Below are positions 1 through 14,553 of a stretch of DNA of 64,000 bases, piece after piece. Position 1 is the stretch's first letter. Every line of letters begins with the position of its first letter. Under the pieces are notes generated by a model, which saw only the letters and a list, made by a program, of their open reading frames with translations, searched no databases and was not told where the DNA came from. The translations under genes were made by a program, and so were the position numbers. Source of the stretch: Takakia lepidozioides (Eukaryota > Plantae > Bryophyta); contig CM060732.1 in the NCBI GenBank assembly GCA_030704615.1, positions 80,662,001 through 80,726,000 of the forward strand. Direction: 5' to 3'.

Positions 1-2395
1 AACCGCAGCTGAGCATTGACCACTGGATGAAGACAGCAGATATGTTTCGTGTCCACTTGGCAAAGTGTTAGAGGAGGAAGGTTTCGGGGACCGAGGAGCC
101 TCCAATGAGCAAGTGGCTATGGAAATCACTTCCAAGCAGCTCTCACATACAAAAGCAGGAGCATCTGGGAGTAGTTCCAGTGATTGTCCCCTGTGGCAAT
201 TGCTACAAATCATATGGCCCATTGAACTCCTCTTCAGCTTTCAGTGTTTAACAACATTCGTTGCTCACTCCAAATTCAATTGTAGATTGTCCATCGGGCT
301 GCATCTCATTCCACTGGATTCCCACATGTGTCTGTATCTTTTCTAGTACACCTGCAGTCAATACAGCAATAACAAACCATTATCTTAAACGATCATTAAC
401 AAACAAACAATCGATTCATGACATCAAATGTGGCAGAAAGATCTCTATAAAAATTCTTCCCCCTTCTGCGTCAACCTATCCTACAATACTGCAGTCAAAT
501 ATGTCGCGTGCCAGGAAAAAATCTTTCATTAACTTATCTGGCTGCATTTTCATGTAGAGATCTTCGTAATCAATCAAGACCAAGCTCTCACCTAATTACT
601 GCAAGAGATTCGTTGCTCAAGTAATGATAAACACTTATTATGCAATAATACCGCTTCTGCATTCGACACCGCCAGCTACTTCAGGCATCCTCGCTCTCTC
701 TCTTAACTTGCCCCTGGCAGAGAAGTACTGTGTTCATGCTTGTTCTACCATGTCAGTGTCCATCAAACGATCTGTCTCTCTGCATCTCTCTTCCACCTCG
801 TAAATTTCCATTTCATCCTTCAACAGCACTACAAAGATGCGATTCCACCTTCATTATGGTCCATCATCCACACCAGAGAGAGATGCTGTAGAAATGCTAA
901 GCTAAAAGCAAGTACTCACAGGTGAATCAAATGCGCGAGCACTGCTCCCCATCTTTTCGTTTGAATGAAGTTTTCTCGTGAATTGCAGCTACAACAAACA
1001 TCCAGTCTCCTTCATGTGTCTCTTTGTTACCAGTCTGTGAAGGATTGATTCCCACACGCAATTCGATGACGAGACAATGGCTGCGAGTGTAACCTTGACC
1101 GGGGCCTCTTCCCCACACTACAACTCCAATCTTTCACCATGGCCACAGAGGATGGAACTGTCAGTTTCTTCACTCAGGACAACTCTGTTTTGTCTCTTCT
1201 CATCCGCTTCTTCACGGAAAAAATTCATACGCCATAGCTGGCCTGTCCCTAACTTACACCATCGCTACAAATGCAAAGCTGCACCATAACTTCACCAACG
1301 CAGCACGTTCATGCTCGCAGAATCAGCTCCAAACAATGATACCTCCGTCCCGCACATATACAGCAGCTTCAAGTTGCTTCTTGCTTCAAGTTGCACAATT
1401 CTGGTCATTCTCCACAAGCTCCCCCTCCTATCAACTGTGCCTTAGAATTTTGTGTGGCCTCGTTGGAAGGAGGCTGTCGGGCGCAGAGGGGACTATGCTC
1501 TGACATCGGGCCCACCACATTCAGATGCATTCCTTCCGTCACCTCCTTCAGTGAGTGAGCCTGCACCACAGCCAGCCTTTACCAGAATCACCTAAAGTCC
1601 ACCTCCAGTCTATATATAGACGCAGCTTGCGATGTCTTGAGCTTGTTTTGCAGGGCTTCGGTGCTAAAGGTCAACTGGAACAAATCTGCGGCCATCCTAT
1701 CCAGTAACGAAGTAAGATTCCAATCGGAAAATAAAAATCGCGTTAAACCTATGAGCACAAATCAGCTCCGCTTTTCGTGACCATCGGATAACAGGTTAAA
1801 GTTACAGTAGTACTGAAGCAGGGTTATGACCTTCACAGATACGATCTCCAGGGCTTGTTGGCTCTTTGCGAGTCGGAGAGTACTGATTCGTGTCCTCTTA
1901 CATTGTCCAGACCAGTTGTAACCTACCGAAAGAGACACCTTCGTGGCTCGGTCCAGTAAACCCCGACTCTCTTGACAGGCGCCTCAAATCCAGGAAAGTC
2001 CCCGGGCCAGGACTCTCTCTACCTCTTACAAATACTCCCCTCCGGATTCTATCGAGACGTAGTCGTCCATGGCAAATGGTCCCATGGGAGATGGCCGGCG
2101 TCCAATGGAAGCAAAAGCAGCCACGCTTTGTCCCCATGCAGTCCATGGCGACTAGAAACAAGCTGTCAGGATCCATCACAGGGCATCCAACAAAGCCACG
2201 CTAAAGGCCAACACCCAAAATCACAATTACATGCAAGAAAATAAGAACAACAATGAGAGCCAGAACCACTATCACGACCACTCCCACCATGGCCACGATC
2301 GCGACCATAGCTTTGGTTTTAGTGTCCATCATGCAGCAGTCTTCGACTACCGCCGGCCGTGGAATAGCCGGGCGAAGCGAAGCACCCGCCGGGTG

Positions 2396-2403
2396 TTTCC
2401 CGC
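2396..2403 (+). promoter_or_regulatory. E2F-binding element TTTCCCGC upstream of the primase gene
   Basis: Exact match to the plant E2F consensus TTTSSCGS, about 120 bp before the ATG of a DNA-replication gene, the class of gene typically regulated by E2F. Confidence 0.65.
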
Positions 2404-2520
2404 GCTTTTTTTTCTCCTGAGAGAGAAGATCCGTGCGAGACAGATCGAGGCGTGAGAGATTGAAGGAGGAGGAGAAGGGAGGGGAAGAAGACAGAGGAGG
2501 ACGCATCGCAGGAAGAGCGA

Positions 2521-5500
2521 ATGGATTTCAAAGCGGCTACAAACAGGCGGGCTTCGAATGGCGGGGGAGGGATGCTTGGGAGTGCCGGGGGAGGAGGTAG
2601 TCGGTTGTCGTTGTATCAGGTAGCTCCTTGTGTCGAAGTTTCTCTTGAAGAATTTGAGCAGTTCGCCTTGGACCGTTTGCGTGGTACGCTCTCTATCTTG
2701 TCTTGGCCAAGCACGCTCCAATGAGGACCAGATTAGTGTTTGACTGTAGATTCGAGAAGGGAATGCACAGAGTTGTAGGTGTGGGGTTACGAAGGTACAG
2801 AAAGACGAAAAGAGAGTGGAATTTGAAATGTGGAGTGGCTGCATACAATTCTCATTCATTGAGTGGAAGAATTCTTCGTCATGTTCTTGCTGCTAGAGAT
2901 CGATCCTACGACAAGCTTCATACAGGCGATAAAATTTTCCGATTTGTGTTTAAAAGTTGACGAGAGGACGCAAAAAAACTCAATGGTTCTAGCCAGGCTC
3001 TGGTTGGGAGGAAATGAACTAGGAGAAGCATTACAGTGCGGGCGATTTGACCTATGGTATTTGTGAGCAGTCCTGAAAGGCATTGAGGAGGCTCGATCGC
3101 GGGGCAAGAGAGCTGAAGAAGTGGAAACTGTGGTATGTACTAATTGGTTAAAATCCATGATCTGTCTTATAAAGAGTACGCCACTTTCTGCATGCTCGAT
3201 CAGCTTGGCCGTGTAACGAGAGTAGTTGTTTTTGCCATGCAGCAGAAAATTTGGTAAATTGTGGAAGTCTCAGATAGTATTTGTGTGCACGTTGAAGGGA
3301 CGTTCTATGCTTGCAAACTATTAAAGGTTCCCAAGCATTATTCTCCAGATAATGTTTGAAAGAACAAGATCTTTTGAGATGATGTTGACTGTGGTAACAG
3401 GTAAGTGATCTATGGAGAAAGCACATGCGTACAGTAAATGCAGCAGACGCTCAGAACAAGGACCTCATCTCTCACTTTGTATTGCGCTTGGTATATTGTC
3501 GAACGTAAGCTCTGCCATAACCCCCTCCTCTGCAAGGGTTGCTATGCCCTTTTTGAACTCTGTGTAGTTTTATATTCACATTTGGAGGAACATATTACCA
3601 ATTACTTGGAGTTATTAGAGAAGGATTGTTTCTGACTACACTTTGGCACAACGAAATTGTTCCATAGTTCCTGCTGATTGTCTTTGTTATTGGCATTCCA
3701 AGATTTCTGAGAGGGGAAGGGGAGCAAGAGTGCAAAGGGAAGAGGCAGATAATGTCACTGAACAAACAGTTGTTGGAATGGCACGGTTGTGAAATGTCTT
3801 GCCAATGCGAGATTCTATTTCAATCTCTCTCCAAATTAAGAATATCACATGACATTCACAGGGAGGAACTCCGTAGATGGTTTTTGGCAATGGAGACTTC
3901 ACTCTTTCGGCAACGATTCCGTGGTGAAACCCCTGAGTCTCAGGTTTCTTACTGTCTGCCCTTCACCTGTTTTCTTTGCATGTTTTTGGGATCGTCTTTA
4001 GAATTTTTTAGAAGCTAAGCTCAGTTGCACTTTTGACAGAGGTGGTTCATGCAATACTGCAAGCTTCCATACAAGGCAATCAGCGCATCAGAGTTCGAGG
4101 TACATGTGACCATATCTTATCTGTTTTATTAACTGATTTGGGGGTCTCTTCTAAGACCATTTTCTGCCTAACTTGCAATGCTTGTTATCCTCAGTTTCAT
4201 AAGCTGTGACAGTGCTCAACAATAAGGGGATGCTCAGTTGCATGTACCACTTCACAAACAATTTTGTAACATGATTTGCATTCTGCATTATGTGGCCCCT
4301 TTGAACCAGACTATAATGTGACCTTGTGTTTTCTGTCAGGGCAGGCAGTGAAAGACAAGCTAGGGCAAGTGGCACGCTCATTAAATCAACCCTTGCCCAA
4401 TTGTAAGTCATTGGCGCTGTCATACATTCAATTATGCATACTCGAACATTTACATATTTTCATGGCATTAGACCATCATACTCAGAGTCAGAACTGAACA
4501 AGTACATTTCTTATCAATTTCCACCTTGGCAGACCAGAATGGTTCTCGAAAGGAAGGAGGATTCCATCATTATGGAAAAGTAATAGCATGTTAATAGGGT
4601 TGTGCTATGGCAATATCATTTCTACACATGCATTCTGTATATATAAATGTATTCAGGCTGACTAGACTGTCAGAGATGTGAAATTCTGGTAGCATACAGT
4701 TCCTCAGCTTACTGTGTGAAAGACAAGGCCGTATCTAGTACTTGAAATGATCTCCTTTTTCCTCTACTGATGGACAATGGCTTGCTGTGCATCTATCTTG
4801 TGCCTGGTGAACATAGCCGACAGCGCCTTCTATAAGGTGTGAGCTCTACATACCATATCAATGTAATTAGACATGTGGTAAATGTAATGTGATGGTGGAA
4901 AACTTTGCGGGTAAGTACTTGAAAAGCATGCTTGTTTTCTGGACGTCTTTGGCAAATTGTATTACCCTCAGAGTTCTATTTTCTGGTTGTGATATGAGAC
5001 CAAATGTGGGTTTTGCTGGCTGACTAGCTTTTTAACAAAAAATTTGTTGGTCAGAATTTGAGGGAAAGGAGAAAGAAATGAAATGATACTTTATGATGTC
5101 TAGGAAGCTCAAAGAGGTTATGGGACAAGAGAAAAGCATGTTACAAGAAAGAGAGAGGGGCCCTCCACGAGCAGCACAAAAACAACTATTGCTCAAGGGA
5201 TAGCCTAACAGATTCTGATCCTCATTGTGGAAATCAATGGTGGTGAGCAGGTTCCATTTGAGGAGGTCCCAGAGTTAGTAGGGAACCGGAAAGTGTTTTT
5301 GCAGCGAGGGCACGCTTTTGTTCCAAAGGATCAGGTGAAGAAATTTCATATATTTCCAAAATCTTTGCATTCATCATTTTTGTGTTCTGTAGTTTGGGTC
5401 AGGCTTTTCGTCTTTTCGTGCTTACCACATGGTTTGTTTGTCATTCTGTTTTCTTTATCGTAACAGTCTCGATTTGAAAGTCTTAGGAGCCTGTCCCTGT

Positions 5501-8500
5501 TATTCAAGAAATGGTTGCATTGACTGCTGACTCTGTAAGCTACAAGGCAGCTGTGTCGTCTGTTTGTTTGGTTGTTTTTTTCCTTTGTTTTCTGTGTCTA
5601 TAATGTTCTGTGTTTTCTCCCTCATCTTTTGTTAGACAGGCTTACAAGTTGTTCCTGCAATGAGATATATTGCCTTGAATATGGTCTCCTTGTTCTCTTT
5701 TTACATTGTCTACCTTTAAGTCTGGACATTATTATGGAATTTTACTTGGATATTATATTGGGATGAGATGATGTCTCTCCCTAAGTAGTTGCTGAGGGGA
5801 AGTCAGAGCTGTTTAGCTGTTTAGTAGGGCGTGTGTAGACCTGTGGTTTCTTCTGCAAACTAACATTTTCTGCTATGGGATGGAGCAGCTGGTGTCGATT
5901 GTGGCAAATCATTTTCGTGCACGGCTTTCAAAGGCCCTTGTTCTCACCAACAGGTCGGTCACGAGTCTCCATATCATCTTCAACGTGGAAAAACGTACAT
6001 TTGATGTGGCAAAAGGACTGACAGAGATGAACAAACAAACCAGCTTTATGGGTGCACAAACAGAGGTAGACTGATAAAAGGACAACATGGACACAGAGAT
6101 GGACACAATCTAGATAAACTCAAATATGTTTGGAAATGTTTCAATCATCCTGACGTTATATCTCAAGATGGGTGTGAGACGCTCTCTCTCTTTCTCCTCC
6201 CACTTAGACATCATGCTCCAGGTCATTTGTTTACACGTTTCACTTGCCATGTTTTGTGCCAGGAAATGGATGGCAACAATTGCCGAGGAAGAAAAGGATC
6301 GCCTTACTCCAGTGGGTGCCTCTCTCCCTTTTTAATCTTTTGTAGTTCTACTTTGTGCCATGGGTCCTATGGCCTCTGATGGATGTAATAACTCTCTTAC
6401 ATTCTTCTCATGTACAGACAAGAGAAAACTCCATCGTGTATGAGGCTTCATAGGAGGAGGAACCACGATATGTTTTTTTCTCATCTCTTGTGTTTTCTGG
6501 TACCCAATAGTGTCTTGGTGGATACATCAGAAGGCACAAATGAGGGATTAGTTATGACCACTGCTTTTGACATGGGTGGCCTTCTTCAGTGTGAAGCTGA
6601 CTACTAGAACACCCAGGTTTTTTGTCACCATTAAGATGACAAGCTTGACTTTCCTGGTATTGGATTTGAGGGCAGATTGTGGAGGCCTTGAGCATGCGCT
6701 ATTTGGGTGCTGACTACTCTCAGGTGTTCCACCTTTTCCCTCCTCCTTGTGCTTGTTTCCTTTGAAAACTACATAAGAGCATGCAACAATACACACACAT
6801 CTCGGAGCAGAGGGACACAACAATCATACAGGCATAGAGAACAAACAGACAATCAAGTGTGTTCATTATGTTAGTGGTAGACCTCAGAAAAGGTTCTAGT
6901 TAGACTAAAGAAGGTGGTTTCATGAACTCTCTGGTCTTGCAGCCAAAGAATAAAACTTTTGTAGGCCTTCAAGACTTGGACAGCCTGGCACAGAGGTCCT
7001 TCCCTCTCTGCATGCGGCATCTCTACATCAAGGTAACTTCTGAATGTTGGAGTTCTTCAAATTACCAGATGAGTAGGATATGTTGGAGTTCTGGTCAAAA
7101 TTGTTGTTGATTTTGCTGTTATCTTGTTAGTCTGGTAGCGATATCTGACATTCTCTTTCTGTTGTCTCTTGGGCCCTTTGGGCTTTCCACGGATGTAATA
7201 AAGTCTTTCTCCGCGGACGTTATAAAGCACCATTTCATTTCATTCTTCATGCTGTGCCAGAAATGCATGCAACAATCCAGTATTCCTCAGCTCACCCTTT
7301 TGAGACTCGTATGTCTGGCCTCCATATCCTCTGTTTGGATGTTCTGATTGTGGCTATTAACATTTGTGTTTAAGAGACTGCTGCAGTTGAAAGAGGACCA
7401 TCATCTCCGGCATGGAGGCCGCCAACAGCTTGGCCTTTTTCTCAAGGTAAAAAACATTCCTTTCCCTAGGTCTTAGAAACAGCAGTACTAATCATTCGTT
7501 CACTTGAAAGTAATATACCAAGGGTAGAGGGTGGGAATTCTTTTTGTGCAGAAATGATGATAGTTGCTCAAGGGATAACCCACCTTCTGCATCCAGGCTA
7601 TGAGAAAACTCAGGAGTTATGTTTCCGTCGTCAATTGCCAGTGGAGGCAATATGAACTCAGACAACGTCAATGTTTTCTGAGATGGGGGTTTGGTTGCAG
7701 GGTATGGGTTTGAAGTTAGAGGATGCATTGGCATTCTGGAGAGCAGAATTCTCTCAAAAGGTCCCGGCTTCTCTCCTTGCCTTTGGCAGTTTATGTTGTC
7801 CTGGGTCAGGCCTTATTCAAAAGAAACTCCTTAAGGAAATGCCAGCTGTAGCTATGTTTTATCTTATGATACCAAGGAATACCAAAGGTCATGTGTCTCG
7901 TGTTGAAGAAAGTTTTACTCTAGTGCAGATGTGGTTTGGGGACGCAGATGGGGGTTGAGAAGTTTGACAAGGAGTATGCATACAACGTACGTCACAACTA
8001 TGGGAAAGAGGGCAAGCGAACGGTATCTGTTCTCTCTCCTTCTTGCTTGTTTTTTATTAAGAGGAAAGGGACAAGAACCCCTTCACAAAAGAGAAAATGA
8101 AATGAAAATGGTAACTGATTGCCTTGATTGTGATGGAAGAGTGTACCTGAACATGGAATTCTGTTGCTATTGTTGCATCCCATGGGGGCAGGACTACACA
8201 CCATATTCATGCATGAAGATTATCATGGCAACGCCCGGAGTTGGGGACCACCATGGCTGCCCCTTTCGCCATTTCAGGTGGTCCTTTGCCGATCCCACGC
8301 CCACATGCTGATGCATGCAATTGAGGTCTGAAAGGTCTGCATAAATGCAGCTATCATGGACTCAAGGAACAAACAGACACAGACATAACAACCATTCTGG
8401 TGGTAACCTCCACAGATACGCACTCTATGGACATAGCTTGGCATACCATTGTGACCATTTATTGAGAGGAAGAGACAGACAGTTAGTGCAAGGGACTCTG

Positions 8501-10054
8501 CCTAGATGAGCTGAACTTCTTAGCCTATTTACTTCTCCAGCCTTAACTCTCTAGCATGATTGAAAATAATCACATGTTATTGTGCTGAGTTAGGTGGTAG
8601 AAAGAGAGCTGAAAGAGAGTGAGAATGCAGTCAGGAGAATTTGCATGCGGCATTGGGAGGATTACGTCTCAACTCGCATGCTGTTGATGACATAATGGTG
8701 AAAGTACGCAACCACCACTATCAGGTCTGTACCGCTCCCCTGCACTTGTCTTCTTTTTGGACTGGTATGACTTCCGGCGGAACCATAGGTTGAATGTGGC
8801 ATCTTTTTAGAAGGCCGAGCAGATTTTTTTGAATAAAAAACAGGGAGAGTGGGAGTATGTGCAGTGCTGTGCCCTTACACAGATGCTGTAGACTTTGTGA
8901 ATGTGACCATCTCTTTTTTAAACAGTTCAAGCTCTATCCGTGGCAAAGAGTGGAGACTGGTCTTCATTGAAGCTGGTACATAGGTCAATGTGGGGTGCCT
9001 GACATTCTTTGGGAATCTGAGGAACAGCATGTACCATTGACTCAAGGATGCAAAGTTGATTCTGAATGCCTGAGAAACTAAGCTCCATGAAACAATGGCC
9101 CGCTTGGAGAGGTTTCCACCCACTAGGGTACCCCAATAGCCCGAAACAGGTTCAGGTCAAATACAATCTGCTTATAATTTGCAACTGACTTGTGCTGACC
9201 AAATCGTGATATAAGCAGGTTCAAAAAGAAGAAACTTTTGGAGGATAGGATAAGGACAAAGGAACTTAGCTCAGACGTCGAGTTTATGTAGGTGATATGA
9301 AAGTTGAACTGGCTTCTCTAATGTACACCTCGTAAAATCTTCTGAACATCCTGGTTGACACAAGCTTCCTTGATTGCAGCTCGCATGTGCAGCAACTTTT
9401 GAAGGCGTGCATGCCTGCCAGTGTGATGGCATAAACCATCCCAACCAATATCTAGAGCAAAGTCAGAAGCTTCTGCAGCCTCAGGTTTTGTCTACATGTT
9501 CAGTTTTGGTGTGAATTCCATACCTTGCTTCAAATTTTATTTTAATTTTGGAAACCTTATTTGAAACTTGCTTTCCCACAGGCTCTATAGGCCTCTTTTG
9601 TATGTTACAGAATTTTCTCTTTTGTCTCTTGATGAGGAAAAAGGGACACATCCTAGAGAAAACTTCACCAACCCAAACCCTCTCTCCTTTTATCTCCTCC
9701 CTAATTTGTAGAGATTGTGCATCACTCAGCTTGGAGGACCCCAACTGTGGCTGCTGATGGGATGTACCACAGGCCCTCAGACTCCCAAAGATTCTCATTT
9801 TGTTTGTGGACATTATGAAGTTCCCTTCTTTCTTTTTTTCTCTCTCTCTCTCATTTTGTCCCATAAGCTCTATGCGCTTTCCGCAGACGTTATAAAGCAC
9901 GATTTCATTTCATTTTTCTCTCTGCAATCAATTGATCCAAGTGGTGGATTTTGTGTGTATGCAGAGTACTGGAGACACAGATCCAACTCCTCAAGCCCCA
10001 CCTCCATTACCAAATACATCAGATCGAGTTACACTGGTGATTCCAAACAGCTAG
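2521..10054 (+). CDS. PRIM2: DNA primase large (Fe-S) subunit, 19 exons
   Basis: Manually spliced with GT-AG introns and consistent phases: 2521-2683, 3071-3132, 3401-3504, 3862-3943, 4040-4099, 4345-4402, 4817-4836, 5251-5334, 5889-5953, 6263-6311, 6676-6723, 6943-7032, 7387-7446, 7701-7760, 7948-8022, 8192-8277, 8631-8724, 9380-9484, 9965-10054. Motifs: [92 protein letters not shown]. All four Fe-S cysteines are present. Confidence 0.95.
9855..9915 (+). repeat. Short dispersed repeat (TCCCATAAGCTCTATG..CTTTCCGCGGACGTTATAAAG..CATTTCATTT), probably the 3' end of a non-LTR retroposon
   Basis: Related copies at about 7165-7245 (+), 42427-42490 (+), 43938-43980 (+, weak), 5075-5135 (-) and 46179-46243 (-). 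The best-preserved copies end in a (CATTT)n tail. Confidence 0.6.
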
Positions 10055-13000
10055 CTCCAAATGTGTTCATGATGGCAGTCAGAAATGTGGATCCCTGGAA
10101 ATTGCGTATTATGAAGTTTTATTGATGGGTCTGCAACATTCGTGGTGTGACAGTTTTAGCCCATGAACCCTTTTCTCTCGTCCCAACACTGCAGTCCACC
10201 CCCCCTGGAAGGTGTGTCAGATCCATTTTTACTAAGTTAGTGCTAATAGAAAATCTGAACTAAATGTGTTTATCTGTTTTTTTTTTTGTTTTTTTTTTTT
10301 CGCGGAACAGGGGGGTGTGGCCCTGTTTTACTTTATTGAAAAAGGGAAAGATACAAGCATAGCATCATGAGGGAAAAAATAACCTCAATATCAAAGTGCC
10401 ATAGAGGCTGATGTAGGAAGCCACTGCTTCGCAACCGAAAGGCAGCAGTCTGGAGAGAAGAGAAGATAAAGCTTAGACTCAAGAGTCATGTCCATCTAAG
10501 AAAAGGTGTCAAAGGACCGTTGCACAATCGATTTGCCCTTCCTAACTGATTTTGTATGCCTCCAATTTTTATTTCTTAGGAAAAGGGGACAGAGGCCCTT
10601 TAAAACGTGTTAATAGTATTGGAAGTCGTGGGAATCATGACATGCCTCAGAAAAAAATTTAATTGAACAGGGAAATGCGTTCTACATGACTATGCCTAAT
10701 TTAGGCTTTTCCGCACTGATGAGTCCTGTCGTTTTCTGCATGCCATATTTGGGGAATCACGACTCACTCATGACCTAATCTACAAGCAGAGGCTAGAGCA
10801 GGTGTGTTTGATTCCTTTGCAGCATATGTTAACTAACAAGAGGTGAGATTGGCGCCTGTCAATTGTCATGTGTTTGATTTCTCTGCTCTTAAAGAGTGAA
10901 AAGACTAAAAAGTGGTGAGATTGACGCCTCTCGATTTTGTATAGCCCTTTAATGATGTTGGTTGGGTGGTGGGGCCATCAAATCATTAAGATAGAAATTG
11001 ACTACCTCCATGGAGAATTTTTGAAATATAATCATCTCCACGCAGATGCTTTTATGATTACCTCTATGAAGGTGATTTCGAAAGCAATCTAGATTACCTT
11101 TAGAGGGTAATCAACCAACCAACCCAAGAGGAATGAACTCCTGAGTAGGTATGTGTATGTACTTGTTTCCTCTTGTTACAACCCCAGCTTTTAATGGATA
11201 TATCAGTGATATGATACGCATGTGATACAGGATGACATTTTATCGCAGGCGGGACCACATGTGAATTCTGCCCAACGCCCCTGTGGCGAGATTAACGAGG
11301 TGGCTGGATTAGGAAAGTTGCTATATACCAGGTGGCATTCACTAACTGGTCCACGTTGCCAGACATCATAATTCCTTGGTACAAATAGCTGACCCATTTT
11401 CCAGGTCGAAATCTGGCGACTTTTCGCAAGAAAGAAAAACACTGATGGGAATCATGACATTGTTGATGACATCGTTGCTACACTGTCGTGATGGTTGCTC
11501 CAACCAGTTCGACCTCACCGTGCGACAATTCTCACACTCGCTTGGTTAGTGGTTATAGTACCCGGGATCTAGGCAATGGAAGAAAAGTGTTCTTCCCGTA
11601 CGTAGAAGAGCTGGAGGTGGAGGTCGTGGCTGTAAGATTCTAGCGTCACGCAGGAACGTGACGGTCGCACAACTGCGGTTTACTGTTTCGGTCTAACATT
11701 CCGGTTTGCAGGTCTGCTGAAGATGAAGCTTCCTGCCTCATAAGCTTTGTTGTGGTCATGGTTGGAAGAAATTTCCAGCCTCTTGGATTTTGTGGCAGAG
11801 CGAAGGCCGCGTTTGAGCCTCATAGATGCAGCCACTTGGGGGACGAGACCGCAGCCTTGTCAAGAAGACTGGTAGCGCAAATTTGGCGTATAGAATCTGG
11901 GATGGTGTTTTACACCTAACCCAAATCACGCCTTGTAGGACATATACCTGTGGGGGTTCCTAGATTTTTCTCCCACCAGGAAACAGGGATCCCAAGGGAG
12001 TGGTAAGCGTGGTGACGCAGATAGATTTGCTTACATTTCCCTTGGAGACGTAGCTGACTGATCTACAAGAAAGAAAGACGCAATGGTGGATAATCTTGGT
12101 CATGAGTATCTTTGCTCATCCGATACTGGAAATTTTTGATACTTGCCTGCTATGTATTTGTAGGCCCAAAGATTTAGGACCAGAAAGTCCCAAAGCCGCT
12201 GCAGTCCCAAAGCTTTCAGATGGGATGCTTGGTGGCTAAAGCCTTGCGCGAATGATGTAATCTGTCTGTTGAAACGGGACAACCAAAGGAAAGGCTGGGT
12301 CTTCGGCTTCAACAGATCACCCACAGGAACAGGGAATGAACGAATGAACGTAACATGTTTCTATCTCGGGGCTGTCGAAGAGCTGTCTCTCGTGACTGCA
12401 ATATCAATCAGTTGGCCGCTAGCTTCCTTTTCGTTCAACACCAGCGCAGGGAAGCTGGTCCAGGGATTCATCCGAGCTATTTTATCTGTCGGATCTAGTC
12501 CTCATCTAAGCTGGCAAGCTCGGAAGAAGCCACGGCCGGCCCAGAGTTAACCAGGTTTGGCTCTCTATGGAAGTCTGGACTCTGGACTGACGATGGAAAG
12601 AGAACAGTAGGTTTTCCGGTGAGGCTTTGACATTTTCGCCCTCCGGGCCGCATCTTCCCTCTGGCTCAGATCTAGCTCATGGCCAGCGGGGCTCGCATCT
12701 GACCCGGTGATGCTGTACGATATGGTCAGGAGTGACTGACAGTGTGAAATGCGAAGTGCTGGCCCATTTCTGCAGTCCTTTCCATGTGCCTTAGCCGTCA
12801 TCTCCTTGCAGATAGTGCTGCAAATTACAGTTCCACATGCCTACTAATTGTGCCTTCCCAAAGGGCATATCTCGGATGTATGTGAGTGATACAGTCAGAC
12901 GGTAGAGCTTTGAGTAGATCCCAGTCCTTTGCAAGAGGTTTTATCCTTCCAGCATGACACGCCTATCAAGTGGAGGGAAAATCAGCGTAGACAATTGGTG

Positions 13001-13885
13001 AGATGCGCTGCCTCAGTGATTTTCTCATGCGGGGTTCTTTTCATCCTTCCGGTTGATTTGTCGCAGCCTGAGCTAGCTTCTGTTCAACAGGAGCTGCCAA
13101 CTCTGCAGTAGCCACACTGCAACTCCTGCCTCCCGAACCTCCACGCCCACCACACCAAGCAACCTAGATCCTAGAAGCAAAGAGCTGACATGGGAGTACC
13201 AGCTGCAGCATTAGGAAGATTGGAGCCTGGAGCCTCCGCATCGCTCTAGTACCAGCTCCTGCGTGATACCCGTCTACTTGCTTCCACCCAGCCTCCAATG
13301 TTGACATCTCCTTGCAGCTGACCCCAGGGAACCCACAGTAGACACGGTTGCCAAATGTTCCTGTTCAGCAGAATGGAGGCGGCTGGCAGATGTTTGCAAC
13401 CAGTCCCCGTGAGCAGCTGGGGGCGCCCTGCAGTGGGGCTGCACAAAAGGAGGCCCGCGTGTTGACCTCCGCAAGATCAAACGCCGCTTTCCTTTGCGCG
13501 TCACTGTTCCTTTGGATCGCTCAACCAACAACCGCAGTTTTGTGAATTCCTGCTTGTCTGTTACATTAGGCCCAGGGGCGCGGATTCTTCTCTCTTTGAT
13601 GCAAAAGGAGATTGCGAACAATTCCACGAAGGTGCGAAGTGCACAATTCTCTATACGTACTTGGGTGAGTTGGTCACTGTTGCCGTTGACACCGGGGAGA
13701 CTTGATGTTCTTTCGATGGACTGTGCAGGCACTGTGGTGGGGTTGTCAGGCTTTGTTCATGTGCCTGTTCCTTGTTGTCTATTCACAAAAAAATGAATAC
13801 TAGTCTGGGCCCCTCCCTTAACCCTTTACTTCCTACAAGATGCATTTTTTCACTCCTACTACCCCTTAGTAGTAACATGAGGACC

Positions 13886-14553
13886 ACCAATCAGTAGCCC
13901 AGTTGGATAGTGCACTGAGTGCCACTCAAATGATTCTGGGGTCAAATCCTGCTACATTGTCAGGTGTGGTATGTTCTTCTCCCCCTTCCCTTGGACGGAG
14001 TCCATGAGCAAGCCTTCCCTCTGAGGTTACAGTATTCTTGATAGGACAACCAGCATGTAGCTCTAGTGGTAATGGGCACATACCACGTTGGATGTGGTTG
14101 TGGGTTCAAACCACGGTCTGGTGTAAGTCCAGGTACAATCCCATATGTATCCAAGTGTGTCTTCTATATTGAGGCCATGTGTGAAGAATTGAAATCGATA
14201 TACTAAAATGAAGTTGGATGTTTGTTTAGTTACAAAGAATATGTGGTACATGAATGAACTAATGTTAAAAAATACTCTGAAGATGCGATTCATAGATTGG
14301 AATTTGGTGAATGCCCACTTTGCTATTTTCAGCAACCAAAAGTACGTGAAATTCCATATCTCAACACCGTAGGTCCAAAAATTATGAGACCAAGTCGGTG
14401 CACCCCTCCTCATCGAGGGCTTTCCAACGGTACCAAGCACCAGGGCTGGAACCCGCTGTGTGGGAGATCTCAACGCTACAAAACAAACTACCTTGCTTCA
14501 TATATTAAGGGGCCTGAGTTGTGAGGTGTCACACCGAGGTATTTCCCTTAAAA
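13886..14553 (+). mobile_element. tRNA-derived SINE-like element, apparently with an internal insertion
   Basis: A-box-like TAGCCCAGTTGG and B-box-like GGGTCAAATCC. Head (about 13886-13975) and tail (AAGGGGCCTGA..TGTCAC..GGT.TTTCCC, about 14508-14550) both match the shorter copy at 58266-58498. A second tRNA-like head (GTAGCTCTAGTGG..GGGTTCAAACC) lies inside at about 14055-14115. Confidence 0.55.

Noticed and set aside
11500-13800. Possible decayed LINE or gene remnant (also 1-1600 and 46250-46900)
   Set aside because: Only hints of coding-like composition, with no motif I could identify confidently. BLASTX would be needed.
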